DNA from: an uncultured bacterium | GTDB taxonomy: Bacteria; Acidobacteriota; HRBIN11; JAKEFK01 | Direction of reading: 5' to 3' | NCBI GenBank assembly: GCA_963777505.1 | Contig: CAVZQN010000003.1 | Coordinates: 32,001-96,000 of the forward strand | Length of the DNA stretch: 64,000 bases | Part shown: positions 33,670 through 43,834 of the stretch, piece by piece | How the letters are laid out: each line of letters starts with the position of its first letter | How positions within the stretch are numbered: position 1 is the first letter of the stretch | Notes under the pieces: generated by a model | Databases searched by the model: none | What the model was told of the DNA's origin: nothing | What the model saw: the letters and a program-made list of their open reading frames with translations, nothing else | Translations under genes and position numbers: made by a program

Positions 33670-34702
33670 ATCTGTTGTTTTTCTCCAGAATATGCTGATA
33701 GAGGTCCACGTAGTCGTGCGTCATCCGTGTGACAGAGAAACGCTTGATGAACTCTTCACGGCAACGCCGGCGATCCAAATCTTTTATTTTTGGAACACAT
33801 TGAAGAGCTTCTTCAAGATTGTCTACGATATATCCATTCACTCCATCAGTAATAATTTCCGGAACGGAACCATTTCGATATGCAATAACAGGCGTACCAC
33901 ACGACATCGCTTCAATCATTACAAGACCAAATGGTTCCGGCCAATCGATGGGGAAGAGCAAAGCAGTTGCATTTCCCAGAAATTCTCCTTTATCCTTTTC
34001 ACCAATTTCGCCGATAAATTCAAACATAGGATCATTCATAAGTGGTGACACGCATTTGTCAAAATAATCCCGATCGACATCGTCCACCTTGGCTGCGATG
34101 CGGAGAGCAACATGACTGCTTTTTGCAATCTCAATAGCGTCAGCAAAGCCCTTCTCAGGAGAGATTCGTCCCAGAAAAGCAAAATAAGGATGAGGGTTTT
34201 CATGAAATGGATAGGCATCTTCAGGAAGTCCATGATAGACAGTACTGATCCAATTCGCATGCGGTATTGGAATGCGCTGTGAATCCGAAATTGAAACAAC
34301 GGGTTCATCGGAGAATCGGTGATATAAAGCATTCAGTTCCGGCAAATCAAGCCTGCCATGCAATGTCGTAAGTCTTTTTATATTTAAACGCTGCGAAATC
34401 GGGTAGTGCAAATAATCTATATGAAAATGGATAATATCGAATTGGCTCCTTTCAGAAAAAACCTTATCCAACTCAATCATGTGATACGCAAGTTGATCTA
34501 CACATTGTGGATCTAAACGGAGAGATCTGTCGCTGCAGGCTATTAATTTTGCAGATGTTATGGAATCACCGCTTGCAAACAGCGTAACATCGTGTCCCTG
34601 GCGCACAAGTTCTTCTGTCAGATAAGAAACAACTCGTTCGGTCCCGCCATAATATTTTGGAGGAACACTTTCATACAGTGGGGAAACTTGAGCAATTTTC
34701 AT
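33653..34702 (-). CDS. Glycosyltransferase family 4
   Basis: 'VPPKYYGGTER','GRISPEKG','EPFGLVMIEAMSCGTPV'. Confidence 0.93.
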   Translation of the reverse strand: MKIAQVSPLYESVPPKYYGGTERVVSYLTEELVRQGHDVTLFASGDSITSAKLIACSDRSLRLDPQCVDQLAYHMIELDKVFSERSQFDIIHFHIDYLHYPISQRLNIKRLTTLHGRLDLPELNALYHRFSDEPVVSISDSQRIPIPHANWISTVYHGLPEDAYPFHENPHPYFAFLGRISPEKGFADAIEIAKSSHVALRIAAKVDDVDRDYFDKCVSPLMNDPMFEFIGEIGEKDKGEFLGNATALLFPIDWPEPFGLVMIEAMSCGTPVIAYRNGSVPEIITDGVNGYIVDNLEEALQCVPKIKDLDRRRCREEFIKRFSVTRMTHDYVDLYQHILEKNNRYASSR

Positions 34703-34790
34703 TTCAATCTCAAAAATACTTATTAAAGTTAGGTGTTCTTTCTCGAAATGACAATTGTTTGAGGAAAACTATATGGCGGGCTTCTTTTCG

Positions 34791-36890
34791 TTAATATTTT
34801 TCACGGGAACTACATGCATCTAGTTGTCCAATGGAAAAATAGTCGAGATTAATAACCTGTCCCTCTTTGGAAGGCTTAATTGTGAGCAGATGATTTCCAG
34901 CGCGAATGGATCCAATTCCCGTCTCAGCTATTTTCCATTCTTCAGGTGAATGCCCAAAACCTCCTGAACTCTGAAAAATGATTACATCAACAAGCTTATT
35001 ATCCAGGTAGAGATAATACGTTTGAGAAATTGGCTCTTCGTAGGAATATCGTATGGAAATTCGTGCATTGGAAATATTATGTGGTGCAGAAAATTCATAA
35101 CTGGCGTAATCGGAAAGGTTATATCCCCAATAATCGGCAAGTGCATTTCCGTTCGACGTGAAGTCCATACTAAAAACATTGCCGCCGGATTTGTTTGAAA
35201 AGGATTCCGCTTCGAGCCGCAAACAAGATGGATCTATGGGTGAATTAATATTTGAAGCACCCAATTCATAAATCAAATAGACTGGATTTCCATCGCTTTC
35301 GTTAATCGATGTTGAGAGTGAATACTCATGTCTCACGTTGTCCAACGCCTTCTTGAAATAATGAAGTGATGGTTGAGATTCATATTTCGGAACATAAAAG
35401 ATGAATAGTGCATTGGGGATTTCAAATAAAGAATTCATTTCTAATAACTTTTCCTCTTCAGTAGAAAAGTTTCTAAAATCGATAGCAACTTCTTGTTTAT
35501 TGATCCGTTTTCTATTCAGCACAAGTAAGGGATTGCCAAGTCCCCAATCCATTAACAGGAAAGTTTTATCCTTCCGGGTCTCAGCATATTCCGCTAACTT
35601 ATAAATTGAATCCGACCATGCGCCTGCGCCCCCTTTTAATGCAAAGGAAGTAAGGTATCTGGCATCTACTACTAAATTTGAAAACAGAAGAAGGATGAAA
35701 CAGAAAGCTTGAAGATATTTCAAAAAGGGGATGCCTTTTTTAGAATTGTCAGGATGAACAGGATCAGTTTTTCTCGCAAATAATAATCCCGCGAGCAATA
35801 TCTGATGAAAAGGGTAGAGCATCATTATATGGTGCGGGCCGGTTGCCATTTCCGTAATATAGATGAATGATGCAGTAAGAATTAGCAGCAAAAAGTAAAA
35901 TAGAAAATATCTCCGGTTCTCAATCCAGTCTAATAAAGTAACTATCGGCACCAGGAGCACTATCAATATTGCGCCATAAGCCATCAAAGTTTTCTGAAGT
36001 GGAAAGCGTCGCAGCAGTTCATCAAACCTCGTCATTGCGTCCGTTGAAGTTCTTGTTGGTTTAGAAAAGAAGAATTCCGAATTTACCCATTCATAAATGG
36101 CAATGCCATTCAAAGTGTCATTAAAAAGAACACGCCGATGCTCAAATGTTTTTATGATTTCAGTATTAAGGACTTTTCGCTCATTAAAGATGTTCCAGGA
36201 AGATCTGACATTTGAAATGATTGAGGGAATCATGAAAGGAACAATGATGAGCGCACAAAGAGCCAATTTCTTCCAGGTCAGAATCGTTTTTAGATGCGGC
36301 CAAAAGAGCACTGTAAATGAAATCGTTACCGCTGCTACATACCAGAGAAAAACGGCTTTATCAAAGATCCCCAGGCCGATCACGAAGGCTGCCAGATACA
36401 AATAAACAGGTTGTCCGTGCTTCAGCCATCGAAATAGTAAAAAAAGCGAAAGCATTTTAAACAGCATCATCAAGCCGATCGGGCCTAAATCAAGTTTGTT
36501 TATGAAAATAAAAGCAGGATCGGTCGCAAATAATACGATTGTTGCGAGGGCCGTTCTTAGCCCAAGAGTGTTTCGCACAGTTAGAAATGTGAGTGCGAAA
36601 GTGATAAGGGCAAGAAGAATGGGTGGTATTCGAACCGTTGCAGGACTGGTTCCAAATATTTTAAAAATTGGAAAGTAAAAATATGATTTCAGCGCGCCAA
36701 TATATGGCATTAGCATTACTGGAATTCTGTATGGCCCGATTGGAGCTTCTAAATCGATGAAACTTCCATCTTCATTTCCTAACGCAACATTTACAAAAAG
36801 AGTTTCATCGTAGTACAGGCCAGGCTTATCAATATAAGAGAGTGAGCAAATCAGATAAATCGCTATCGCCAGGAAAGCGAGAAATTTCAT
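34791..36890 (-). CDS. GT-C (ArnT/PMT-like) membrane glycosyltransferase with C-terminal CBM6/35-like domain
   Basis: 'PGLYYDE','PYIGALK', many TMs; C-terminal 'LEAES...IRYS...W...GNHLLTI...NLDY'. Confidence 0.75.
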   Translation of the reverse strand: MKFLAFLAIAIYLICSLSYIDKPGLYYDETLFVNVALGNEDGSFIDLEAPIGPYRIPVMLMPYIGALKSYFYFPIFKIFGTSPATVRIPPILLALITFALTFLTVRNTLGLRTALATIVLFATDPAFIFINKLDLGPIGLMMLFKMLSLFLLFRWLKHGQPVYLYLAAFVIGLGIFDKAVFLWYVAAVTISFTVLFWPHLKTILTWKKLALCALIIVPFMIPSIISNVRSSWNIFNERKVLNTEIIKTFEHRRVLFNDTLNGIAIYEWVNSEFFFSKPTRTSTDAMTRFDELLRRFPLQKTLMAYGAILIVLLVPIVTLLDWIENRRYFLFYFLLLILTASFIYITEMATGPHHIMMLYPFHQILLAGLLFARKTDPVHPDNSKKGIPFLKYLQAFCFILLLFSNLVVDARYLTSFALKGGAGAWSDSIYKLAEYAETRKDKTFLLMDWGLGNPLLVLNRKRINKQEVAIDFRNFSTEEEKLLEMNSLFEIPNALFIFYVPKYESQPSLHYFKKALDNVRHEYSLSTSINESDGNPVYLIYELGASNINSPIDPSCLRLEAESFSNKSGGNVFSMDFTSNGNALADYWGYNLSDYASYEFSAPHNISNARISIRYSYEEPISQTYYLYLDNKLVDVIIFQSSGGFGHSPEEWKIAETGIGSIRAGNHLLTIKPSKEGQVINLDYFSIGQLDACSSREKY

Positions 36891-36998
36891 TTTAGAATTG
36901 ACCGCTCAAGAGTTTCGAAATCGCTCCTGGCGGCTACAAATGTGCTCATTTTAGATCAAATTCAACGTGCATTTACGGGATATCTCCAGAATTCACTC

Positions 36999-37014
36999 TG
37001 GCAAACATATTGCA
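36999..37014 (+). promoter_or_regulatory. Sigma-54 (-24/-12) promoter candidate
   Basis: TGGCAAACATATTGCA, GG-N10-GC spacing, 38 nt before ATG 37053. Confidence 0.6.
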
Positions 37015-37052
37015 CAAGAATAACCTAAAATTTGTTTATTTGGAGATTTGTT

Positions 37053-37388
37053 ATGCAAAAAATAATCAAGTTCCTGTTCGTAGGGCTGATTGGTATCCTT
37101 ATGGCAGGTTCAATTGTAGCTTGCGGTCCCAGCTATGGCCATCGTTATGAAAGGTATAACGACAGCTATCGTGGAAATTATTATCAAGAAGAACGTAGAG
37201 CGTATGAGTACGGATATCGTGAAGGATCTGACAATGGCCAATCTGATCGACGAAAAGGTTATGGTTTTGATTACCGGCATGATAGAAGGTACCAGTATGG
37301 AATCAGCAGAGATGAACGTGTGAATGATGTTTTTCGTGAAGGCTATAGACGTGGATATGAAGCAGGTTACCATGGTAGAAGATATTAA
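37053..37388 (+). CDS. Small Tyr/Arg/Gly-rich lipoprotein
   Basis: Signal peptide with 'IVAC' lipobox; repeats YEYGYREG / FREGYRRGYEAGY. Confidence 0.75.
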   Translation: MQKIIKFLFVGLIGILMAGSIVACGPSYGHRYERYNDSYRGNYYQEERRAYEYGYREGSDNGQSDRRKGYGFDYRHDRRYQYGISRDERVNDVFREGYRRGYEAGYHGRRY

Positions 37389-37399
37389 AGTGGATACGA

Positions 37400-37810
37400 A
37401 TGCAGAAAACGATAAAAGTGAGTACCGATAAACGAAATGGACTTTACGACATCACGAATGAAGTTCGCAAAATCATAAAAGCGAGCAAGATCAGTGATGG
37501 ATTGGTGAACATATATGTGCGGCATGCTACAGCTGCAATTATGATTCAGGAAAATTGGGATGAATCGGTTCAAAATGATGTTGTAAATCTTTTGAGCCGG
37601 TTGATTCCCAAAGGTGTATGGGAGCACGATGCACAGGATGGAAATGGAGATGCACATCTTAAATCGGGTGTAATTGGTCCATCTGAAACGATTCCTCTTA
37701 TTGATGGAGATTTAGCACTCGGCCGCTGGCAAAATATTTTTCTGTGCGAATTCGATGGACCCCGCTCAGACCGGCAAATTGTTATAACAGTCATTCCAGA
37801 TCTGCAGTAG
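37400..37810 (+). CDS. yjbQ: YjbQ (UPF0047) family protein
   Basis: 'HATAAIMIQEN','NGDAHLKS','LGRWQNIFLCEFDGPR'. Confidence 0.9.
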   Translation: MQKTIKVSTDKRNGLYDITNEVRKIIKASKISDGLVNIYVRHATAAIMIQENWDESVQNDVVNLLSRLIPKGVWEHDAQDGNGDAHLKSGVIGPSETIPLIDGDLALGRWQNIFLCEFDGPRSDRQIVITVIPDLQ

Positions 37811-37860
37811 TCTCTTTGACTCTGTGGTAAATTCTTCTGAGCTTATGCCCAGGAGGATCA

Positions 37861-39018
37861 GTGACTACAAAACTAAACCGTCGTGAATTTATTGTCGGCA
37901 CCGCTGTTGCAGCAATTGCGACGAATGCATTGGGACAAAGCCCAACAATTATCTCGAAAAAGAATATTTCACCTGTTGTAATTTCTTCATCCAACGGCAA
38001 CTTTTTCAAAAATGGTGGTTCGGAAACGTGCGTGGAAAAAGCGTTCAAGATGATGACTGAAGGCACGGATGTGCTCGATTCAGTAATTGCAGGCGTCAAT
38101 ATCGTAGAACTTGATCCAGAAGATTACTCTGTAGGTTACGGAGGGGTTCCAAATGCAGATGGAGTTGTACAACTCGATTCTTCATGCATGCACGGTCCAA
38201 AGAAGCAGGCTGGTGCAGTTGCTGCGCTTGAAGGTGTGAGAACGCCCTCTCAGGTTGCAAGGGCGGTCTCTCAGTTTACGGATCATCATTTGCTTGTCGG
38301 TGAGGGAGCACAACGATTCGCTCGCAATTTGGGCTTCAAAATTGAAGATGATCTGAATACAGATCTCTCACGCAAGTTATGGTTGGAATGGAAACGACGT
38401 ATCGATCCAGGTCATTACCTCGATCCTGCGAAACGTTCTGAGGCAATTCGCAAAGCTACCCAACAAATGGTAAGTGAAGGATTGATTAAAGCTCGTCATA
38501 TGTATGGAACTATAAACTGCGATGGAATTAACTCGAAAGGTGAAATCTGCGGAGTTACAACAACAAGTGGTCTTTTCTTCAAAATCCCTGGACGTGTAGG
38601 AGATTCGCCAATTCTTGGAGCCGGTCTTTATGTTGATGGCTCTGTCGGAGCTGCAGGTTCAACAGGAAGAGGTGAAGCAAATATATTTGGATGCTCTTCA
38701 TTCTTAATCGTAGAAAATATGCGACGGGGTATGCATCCTAAAGATGCCGGCATGGAGGCATTGAAAAGGATCAGGGCAAATACAGTTGAAAAGCGTCTTC
38801 TGAATAGCAGAGGAAATCCAAATTTCAACATCAATTTCTATGCCCTGAATGCGAAAGGGGAATTTGCAGGTGTCGCAATGTACGGCGAAGATCCTGAAGA
38901 AAAGGGCTGGGCAGGCCAAAAAGACTCACAGTTTGTGCAATACGCGGTCTGCACGGAAAAGGGACCACAGACTTTGAACTGTGACGCCCTCCTCGAAGGC
39001 ATTCCTATAGAAAATTGA
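37861..39018 (+). CDS. N(4)-(beta-N-acetylglucosaminyl)-L-asparaginase-family Ntn hydrolase, Tat-exported
   Basis: 'NRREF' Tat motif; 'SVGYGG','GTI' autocleavage site,'GRVGDSPILGAG','TGRGE'. Confidence 0.9.
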   Translation: MTTKLNRREFIVGTAVAAIATNALGQSPTIISKKNISPVVISSSNGNFFKNGGSETCVEKAFKMMTEGTDVLDSVIAGVNIVELDPEDYSVGYGGVPNADGVVQLDSSCMHGPKKQAGAVAALEGVRTPSQVARAVSQFTDHHLLVGEGAQRFARNLGFKIEDDLNTDLSRKLWLEWKRRIDPGHYLDPAKRSEAIRKATQQMVSEGLIKARHMYGTINCDGINSKGEICGVTTTSGLFFKIPGRVGDSPILGAGLYVDGSVGAAGSTGRGEANIFGCSSFLIVENMRRGMHPKDAGMEALKRIRANTVEKRLLNSRGNPNFNINFYALNAKGEFAGVAMYGEDPEEKGWAGQKDSQFVQYAVCTEKGPQTLNCDALLEGIPIEN

Positions 39019-39097
39019 GCGACTATTTTATTTTGTAATAAACAGATATATCCTAATTATCAAGCCATTCAGAGTGGTACTTTCACTCGAGGTCTCG

Positions 39098-40246
39098 ATG
39101 ATTATCGGAGTACCTGTTGAACGCTATCCTAATGAACAGCGCGTCGCGCTTGTTCCAGCAACTTTACCTGCCTTAACAAAAGCAGGGCTAAAAATATTGG
39201 TTGAAAGCGGCGCAGGAACCAAAGCAGGTTTTCCCGATTCAGCCTTTCAAGAGCAAGGCGCGACAATCGCTTCCGATCAAGCGCAGCTTTTCTCCGAAGC
39301 CGATGTCATTGTTCAACTTCATGGATTCGACCAATCCTCAAATATTTCCGTCTACCGGAAAAAACAAATTGTTGTTGGACTGCTTGACCCTCTTGGTACT
39401 TCGGCACCATTTGCGAAACTTGCTCAAAACGGTGTAATTACTTTCGCGCTGGAACTTTTGCCTCGCATAAGCAGAGCGCAAACAATGGATGCTTTGAGTT
39501 CAATGGCAACCATTGCCGGTTACAAAGCTGTTCTTCTTGCCGCCGATACTTCAAAGAAAATGTTTCCAATGATGATTACTGCTGCAGGAACAATTACTCC
39601 TGCTCGTGTATTCATCATTGGCGCCGGCGTTGCTGGACTTCAAGCGATTGCTACAGCTCGCCGCCTGGGCGCAATAGTACAGGCTTATGATGTTCGACCT
39701 GCTGTCAAAGAACAGGTTGAAAGTCTCGGCGCAAAATTTGTTGAACTTCCTCTTGAAACTCAACAAGCGGAAGGCTCTGGCGGATATGCAAAAGAAATGG
39801 GTGAAGACTTTTTAAAGAAGCAGAGAGAAATGATGACAAAAGTCCTTGCAGAAAGTGATGTAACAATCACTACTGCTGCCGTACCCGGAAAAAAAGCACC
39901 TATTTTAATTTCGAAAGACATGATTGCTGCAATGCGAAGTGGTTCTGTCATTGTTGATATTGCCGCAGAAACCGGTGGAAATTGTGAGCTTACTAAACCA
40001 GGTGAGACTATAAATGTTGATGGAATTTCAATTCTAGGCCCAATTAACCTTCCTTCTACAATTCCTTTTCATGCAAGCCAAATGTATGCAAAAAATGTCT
40101 CTACATTTCTTCTAATGCTTTTCAAAAATGGTGAGTTGAATCTCGATCTTGAAGATCCTGTCATTCGAGAGACTTTAGTTACTTATGAAGAAAAAGTGTT
40201 CAACCAAAGAGTGAATGAGGCGCTGGGTACGGCTCGAACGCAATGA
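39098..40246 (+). CDS. pntA: NAD(P) transhydrogenase subunit alpha1 (domain I)
   Basis: 'RISRAQTMDALSSM','GAGVAGLQAI','GGYAKEM','GGNCELT'. Confidence 0.95.
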   Translation: MIIGVPVERYPNEQRVALVPATLPALTKAGLKILVESGAGTKAGFPDSAFQEQGATIASDQAQLFSEADVIVQLHGFDQSSNISVYRKKQIVVGLLDPLGTSAPFAKLAQNGVITFALELLPRISRAQTMDALSSMATIAGYKAVLLAADTSKKMFPMMITAAGTITPARVFIIGAGVAGLQAIATARRLGAIVQAYDVRPAVKEQVESLGAKFVELPLETQQAEGSGGYAKEMGEDFLKKQREMMTKVLAESDVTITTAAVPGKKAPILISKDMIAAMRSGSVIVDIAAETGGNCELTKPGETINVDGISILGPINLPSTIPFHASQMYAKNVSTFLLMLFKNGELNLDLEDPVIRETLVTYEEKVFNQRVNEALGTARTQ

Positions 40247-42042
40247 CATCTGAATTAGAAATTGGATTTTACATCTTCATGTTAGCCGGATTTCTCGGCT
40301 ATCACTTAATAACTCGAGTTCCTCCGCTTCTGCATACGCCATTGATGTCGGCTACAAATGCAATTGCAGGCATCTCTCTTGTTGGATCGCTCGTTGTTGC
40401 AGGCGGCGATTACGGTCCGATAAGCACACTCCTGGGATTTATTGCTGTGACCTGTTCTTCCACAAACGTCGTTGGCGGTTTTCTAATTACCGATCGAATG
40501 TTGAGAATGTTTCGGAGAAGCGATGATGATGTTTCACCTGAACGCCGTGCCAGAGTTCGCAAAATTGTAATTTCCATTGCAATCCTTGTAGCCATCGCGA
40601 TTGCAATCCTTATATGGAACCTTTCGCAGCAATCTGATCCAGGGATATTTCTACATGAAAAATTTTCATCAGAAGCTCTAAAGTATTCTTACATTTTTTC
40701 AGCTGCATTATTCATTCTAGGTTTGAAGGGTCTCAGCTCTCCTAAACATGCAAGAAAAGGAATGTTTGCCGCTGAATTTGGGATGTTCCTTGCTGTTGTT
40801 GGCACATTGTTTCATCACGAAATAGTGGAATATCAGTGGATTCTCATTGGATTCGTAATCGGAGCCCTAATAGGCGGCTGGATGGGATTAAAAATTCCTA
40901 TGACTGCTGTGCCGCAGCGGACTGCGCTTTCACACTCTCTTGGTGCATTGGCTGCTTGCCTCGTCGGAATTTCTGAATATTTTCGCCATCATGGCGAGCT
41001 GGGTAAGGTCGTAATGACAGCACTCGGTTTCGAAGTAGTTATTGGAGGCTTAACTTTTACCGGAAGTTTAATGGCCGCTGCAAAATTGCAAGAATTACTG
41101 CCTGGTCATCCCATCACATATAAGGGACAAAACATTTTCAATCTCACTTTACTTGCTGTAATTGTCTCAAGCATGATCTATCTCGTTTTTGTCCCAAATA
41201 ATCAAACTGTTTTTTATGTGATGGTTGCTCTTGCTTTTACGTTCGGGCTTTTACTCGTAATTCCGATCGGTGCTGCGGATATGCCTGTTGTGATCGCACT
41301 ACTGAACTCGTACGGCGGTCTCGCTGATGCAGCAATGGGTTTTGTTTTGATGAACAAAATTCAAATCATTACAGGATCACTTGATGGAACATCAGGATTC
41401 CTGCTTTCATTGCTTATGTGCAGAGCAATGAATCGTTCCGCATTTAATGTTTTATTTGGGGCATTTGGCAAAATTGAAGCTGGAGAAGAAGCAAAAGCTA
41501 TAGATTCCAAAGGCAGCGTTCGGAGTATCTCCCCTGATGAAGTGGTCTCGCTGCTGGATAGTTTCAGATCTGTGATCATTGTTCCAGGTTATGGAATGGC
41601 TGTTGCGCAAGCTCAATATGGAGTTGCAGAGTTGGCAAAAGAAATGATGAAGAAAGGTATCAATATTAAGTATGCGATCCATCCGGTGGCAGGGCGAATG
41701 CCTGGCCATATGAATGTTTTGCTTGCTGAAGCCAATGTTCCATACGATCAGTTGTATACAATGGAACAGATTAATCCTTACTTCCCGGAGGCAGACCTTG
41801 CACTTGTCGTTGGCGCGAATGATGTTACAAATCCTGCCGCCAGGAGCGACAAAAATAGTCCACTGTATGGAATGCCTATTTTAGAAGTAGATCGTGCCAA
41901 ATCGATTATTGTATTGAAACGCAGCATGCGTCCCGGTTTCGCAGGCGTTGATAATGAGCTATATTTCGATTCAAAATGTATGATGCTTTTTGGTGACGCA
42001 AAGGAAAGTTTGAACCAACTTTTTAGTGCATTAAAGTCTTAG
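40243..42042 (+). CDS. pntB: NAD(P) transhydrogenase alpha2-beta fusion (domains II + III)
   Basis: N-terminal alpha2 'VPPLLHTPLMSATNAI','NVVGGF..TDRML' in frame with beta 'GAADMPVVI','HPVAGRMPGHMNVLLAEA','GANDVTNPAA'. Confidence 0.92.
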   Translation: MTSELEIGFYIFMLAGFLGYHLITRVPPLLHTPLMSATNAIAGISLVGSLVVAGGDYGPISTLLGFIAVTCSSTNVVGGFLITDRMLRMFRRSDDDVSPERRARVRKIVISIAILVAIAIAILIWNLSQQSDPGIFLHEKFSSEALKYSYIFSAALFILGLKGLSSPKHARKGMFAAEFGMFLAVVGTLFHHEIVEYQWILIGFVIGALIGGWMGLKIPMTAVPQRTALSHSLGALAACLVGISEYFRHHGELGKVVMTALGFEVVIGGLTFTGSLMAAAKLQELLPGHPITYKGQNIFNLTLLAVIVSSMIYLVFVPNNQTVFYVMVALAFTFGLLLVIPIGAADMPVVIALLNSYGGLADAAMGFVLMNKIQIITGSLDGTSGFLLSLLMCRAMNRSAFNVLFGAFGKIEAGEEAKAIDSKGSVRSISPDEVVSLLDSFRSVIIVPGYGMAVAQAQYGVAELAKEMMKKGINIKYAIHPVAGRMPGHMNVLLAEANVPYDQLYTMEQINPYFPEADLALVVGANDVTNPAARSDKNSPLYGMPILEVDRAKSIIVLKRSMRPGFAGVDNELYFDSKCMMLFGDAKESLNQLFSALKS

Positions 42043-42071
42043 GGAACTGTACAAAAGAATGTTTAGCGATT

Positions 42072-42176
42072 CTCACCCCTTGGATAAGGGGGGAGTTAGA
42101 GGGGGGTTGATAGAGCTTTCTTTTATGGGAATTTTTTCAACCCCCTCCTAACCTCCCCCTTATCTAAGGGGGAGGA
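42072..42176. repeat. Inverted pair of CCCCTCCTAACCTCCCC..GGGGAGG-type palindromic repeats
   Basis: ccccttggataaggggggagttagaggggggttga ... tcaaccccctcctaacctcccccttatctaaggggg. Confidence 0.8.
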
Positions 42177-42253
42177 ACACGATAGAATCAGGTATTGTTC
42201 AAGCGATATGTTTTAAAGGATCGGCGAATTAGCAACGAAACGAGGGTAAAAGT

Positions 42254-42694
42254 ATGATTAATGTTAGGGACATTCTTCAAGACAAAGGTAAAGAAATCTG
42301 GCGTGTTTCCCCTGAAACAAGTGTCTTTGATGCTTTGATGCTTATGGCTGAAAAAAACATCGGAGCTTTACTTGTATTGGAAGGAGAAAAGTTAGCCGGA
42401 ATTTTTTCAGAACGTGATTACGCGCGCAAAGTCATCCTCAAGGGAAAAGCTTCAAAAGAGACACTCGTAAAAGAGATCATGACATCTGTAGTCGTTACTG
42501 TTCGTTATGGTCAGACTGTTGAGGAATGCATGTCATTGATGACTCAGTACCGTATACGGCACCTTCCTGTAGTGGATGGCGACACATTGACTGGCGTAAT
42601 TTCGATCGGTGATGTTGTGAAAGCAATTATTTCCGATCAGGAGTTTACGATTAAGCAATTGGAAAATTACATCACTGGCGGTCCATCCGCGTAA
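42254..42694 (+). CDS. CBS-domain protein
   Basis: 'GIFSERDYARK','IRHLPV','ISIGDVVK'. Confidence 0.92.
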   Translation: MINVRDILQDKGKEIWRVSPETSVFDALMLMAEKNIGALLVLEGEKLAGIFSERDYARKVILKGKASKETLVKEIMTSVVVTVRYGQTVEECMSLMTQYRIRHLPVVDGDTLTGVISIGDVVKAIISDQEFTIKQLENYITGGPSA

Positions 42695-42747
42695 AACGTA
42701 AAAATGGAATAATGGATTTTTGGATTGATGGATGTTGGAGATGATTT

Positions 42748-43203
42748 ATGGGTGAATATAAGTCAGTGGTTGTTTGGAATCGTAATGGTGCTGTTTTCAC
42801 TGACAATCGTTATAGCCGAGGCCACGTTTGGCAATTTGATGGCGGGATAGAAGTTCCTGCTTCATCTTCACCTCATGCAGTCCCGAAACCTTTGTCTGTT
42901 GCTGAAGCCGTCGATCCTGAAGAAGCATTTGTTGCATCCTTATCGAGTTGTCACATGCTAACATTTTTGTACATTGCCGCAAAAAGAGGATTTCTCGTGG
43001 AGAAATATCGCGATGAAGCAATTGGCGTCATGGCTAAAAATGCAGAAGGTAGACTCGCAATGACTAAGGTAACATTTCGTCCTCAGATTGAATTTGGTGG
43101 AAATAAATTGCCGAATAAAGAAGATATTGATGCGATGCACCATCAAGCACACGAAGAATGTTTCATAGCCAATTCTGTTAAAACGGAAGTTGTAGTGGCA
43201 TAG
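42748..43203 (+). CDS. OsmC/Ohr family protein
   Basis: 'DPEEAFVASLSSCHML','AHEECFIANSV'. Confidence 0.92.
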   Translation: MGEYKSVVVWNRNGAVFTDNRYSRGHVWQFDGGIEVPASSSPHAVPKPLSVAEAVDPEEAFVASLSSCHMLTFLYIAAKRGFLVEKYRDEAIGVMAKNAEGRLAMTKVTFRPQIEFGGNKLPNKEDIDAMHHQAHEECFIANSVKTEVVVA

Positions 43204-43240
43204 TACTTGTAATTCATAAATTCTTGAGCAGGAGATCAAT

Positions 43241-43828
43241 ATGGCGGATTCCCGGTGGATGATAACAATCGATGGAAAGCAGCAGGATGGAGATTACAGC
43301 GCAGAAGAGGCGAAAGAAATACTTAAGAAGAATGCAGGTAAACATCTTCTAGTCTGGACGGTTGGGATGGCGCAATGGTCGGATCCTGCAACTGTTCCGG
43401 AATTCCGCAAAATGCCAGCCAAAGTGAGTGAAGCGGAAAAAGAGCCTCGTCCAAAAATCAGTTCAGATGAAATCAAAGAAAAAGCTGGATTGTTTAAAGG
43501 ATTGTTGGATTTCCGTTTTCAAAATCTCGTTGCAACGAAAATCATTCCTATTTTGTATATATTAACTTTCCTTTTGATACTTTTAGGCGGTCTGTTCTAT
43601 TTCTTTGTTTTTGGTGGAGCAGTAATCTTTGCAGGAATTAGAGCGCGGTCAATGTTGTCAATTTTTACAGGTTTTGCAGTTATGATTGCCACTCCACTTG
43701 TTATGATCCTCTATATTGCACTGGCGCGTGTTTGGTGTGAGTCAGTAATTGTCTTTTTCCGCCTTAAGGATGATGTTGCACAGCTTGCTGCGCGACCTTC
43801 ATCAACATCATCAAGTGAGAAGAAATAA
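43241..43828 (+). CDS. GYF_2 (DUF4339) + DUF4282 membrane protein
   Basis: 'W.I..DGKQ..','LVWTVGMAQW'; 'LLDFRF...ATKII..LY','RVWCE.VIVFF'. Confidence 0.7.
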   Translation: MADSRWMITIDGKQQDGDYSAEEAKEILKKNAGKHLLVWTVGMAQWSDPATVPEFRKMPAKVSEAEKEPRPKISSDEIKEKAGLFKGLLDFRFQNLVATKIIPILYILTFLLILLGGLFYFFVFGGAVIFAGIRARSMLSIFTGFAVMIATPLVMILYIALARVWCESVIVFFRLKDDVAQLAARPSSTSSSEKK

Positions 43829-43834
43829 AATAAT

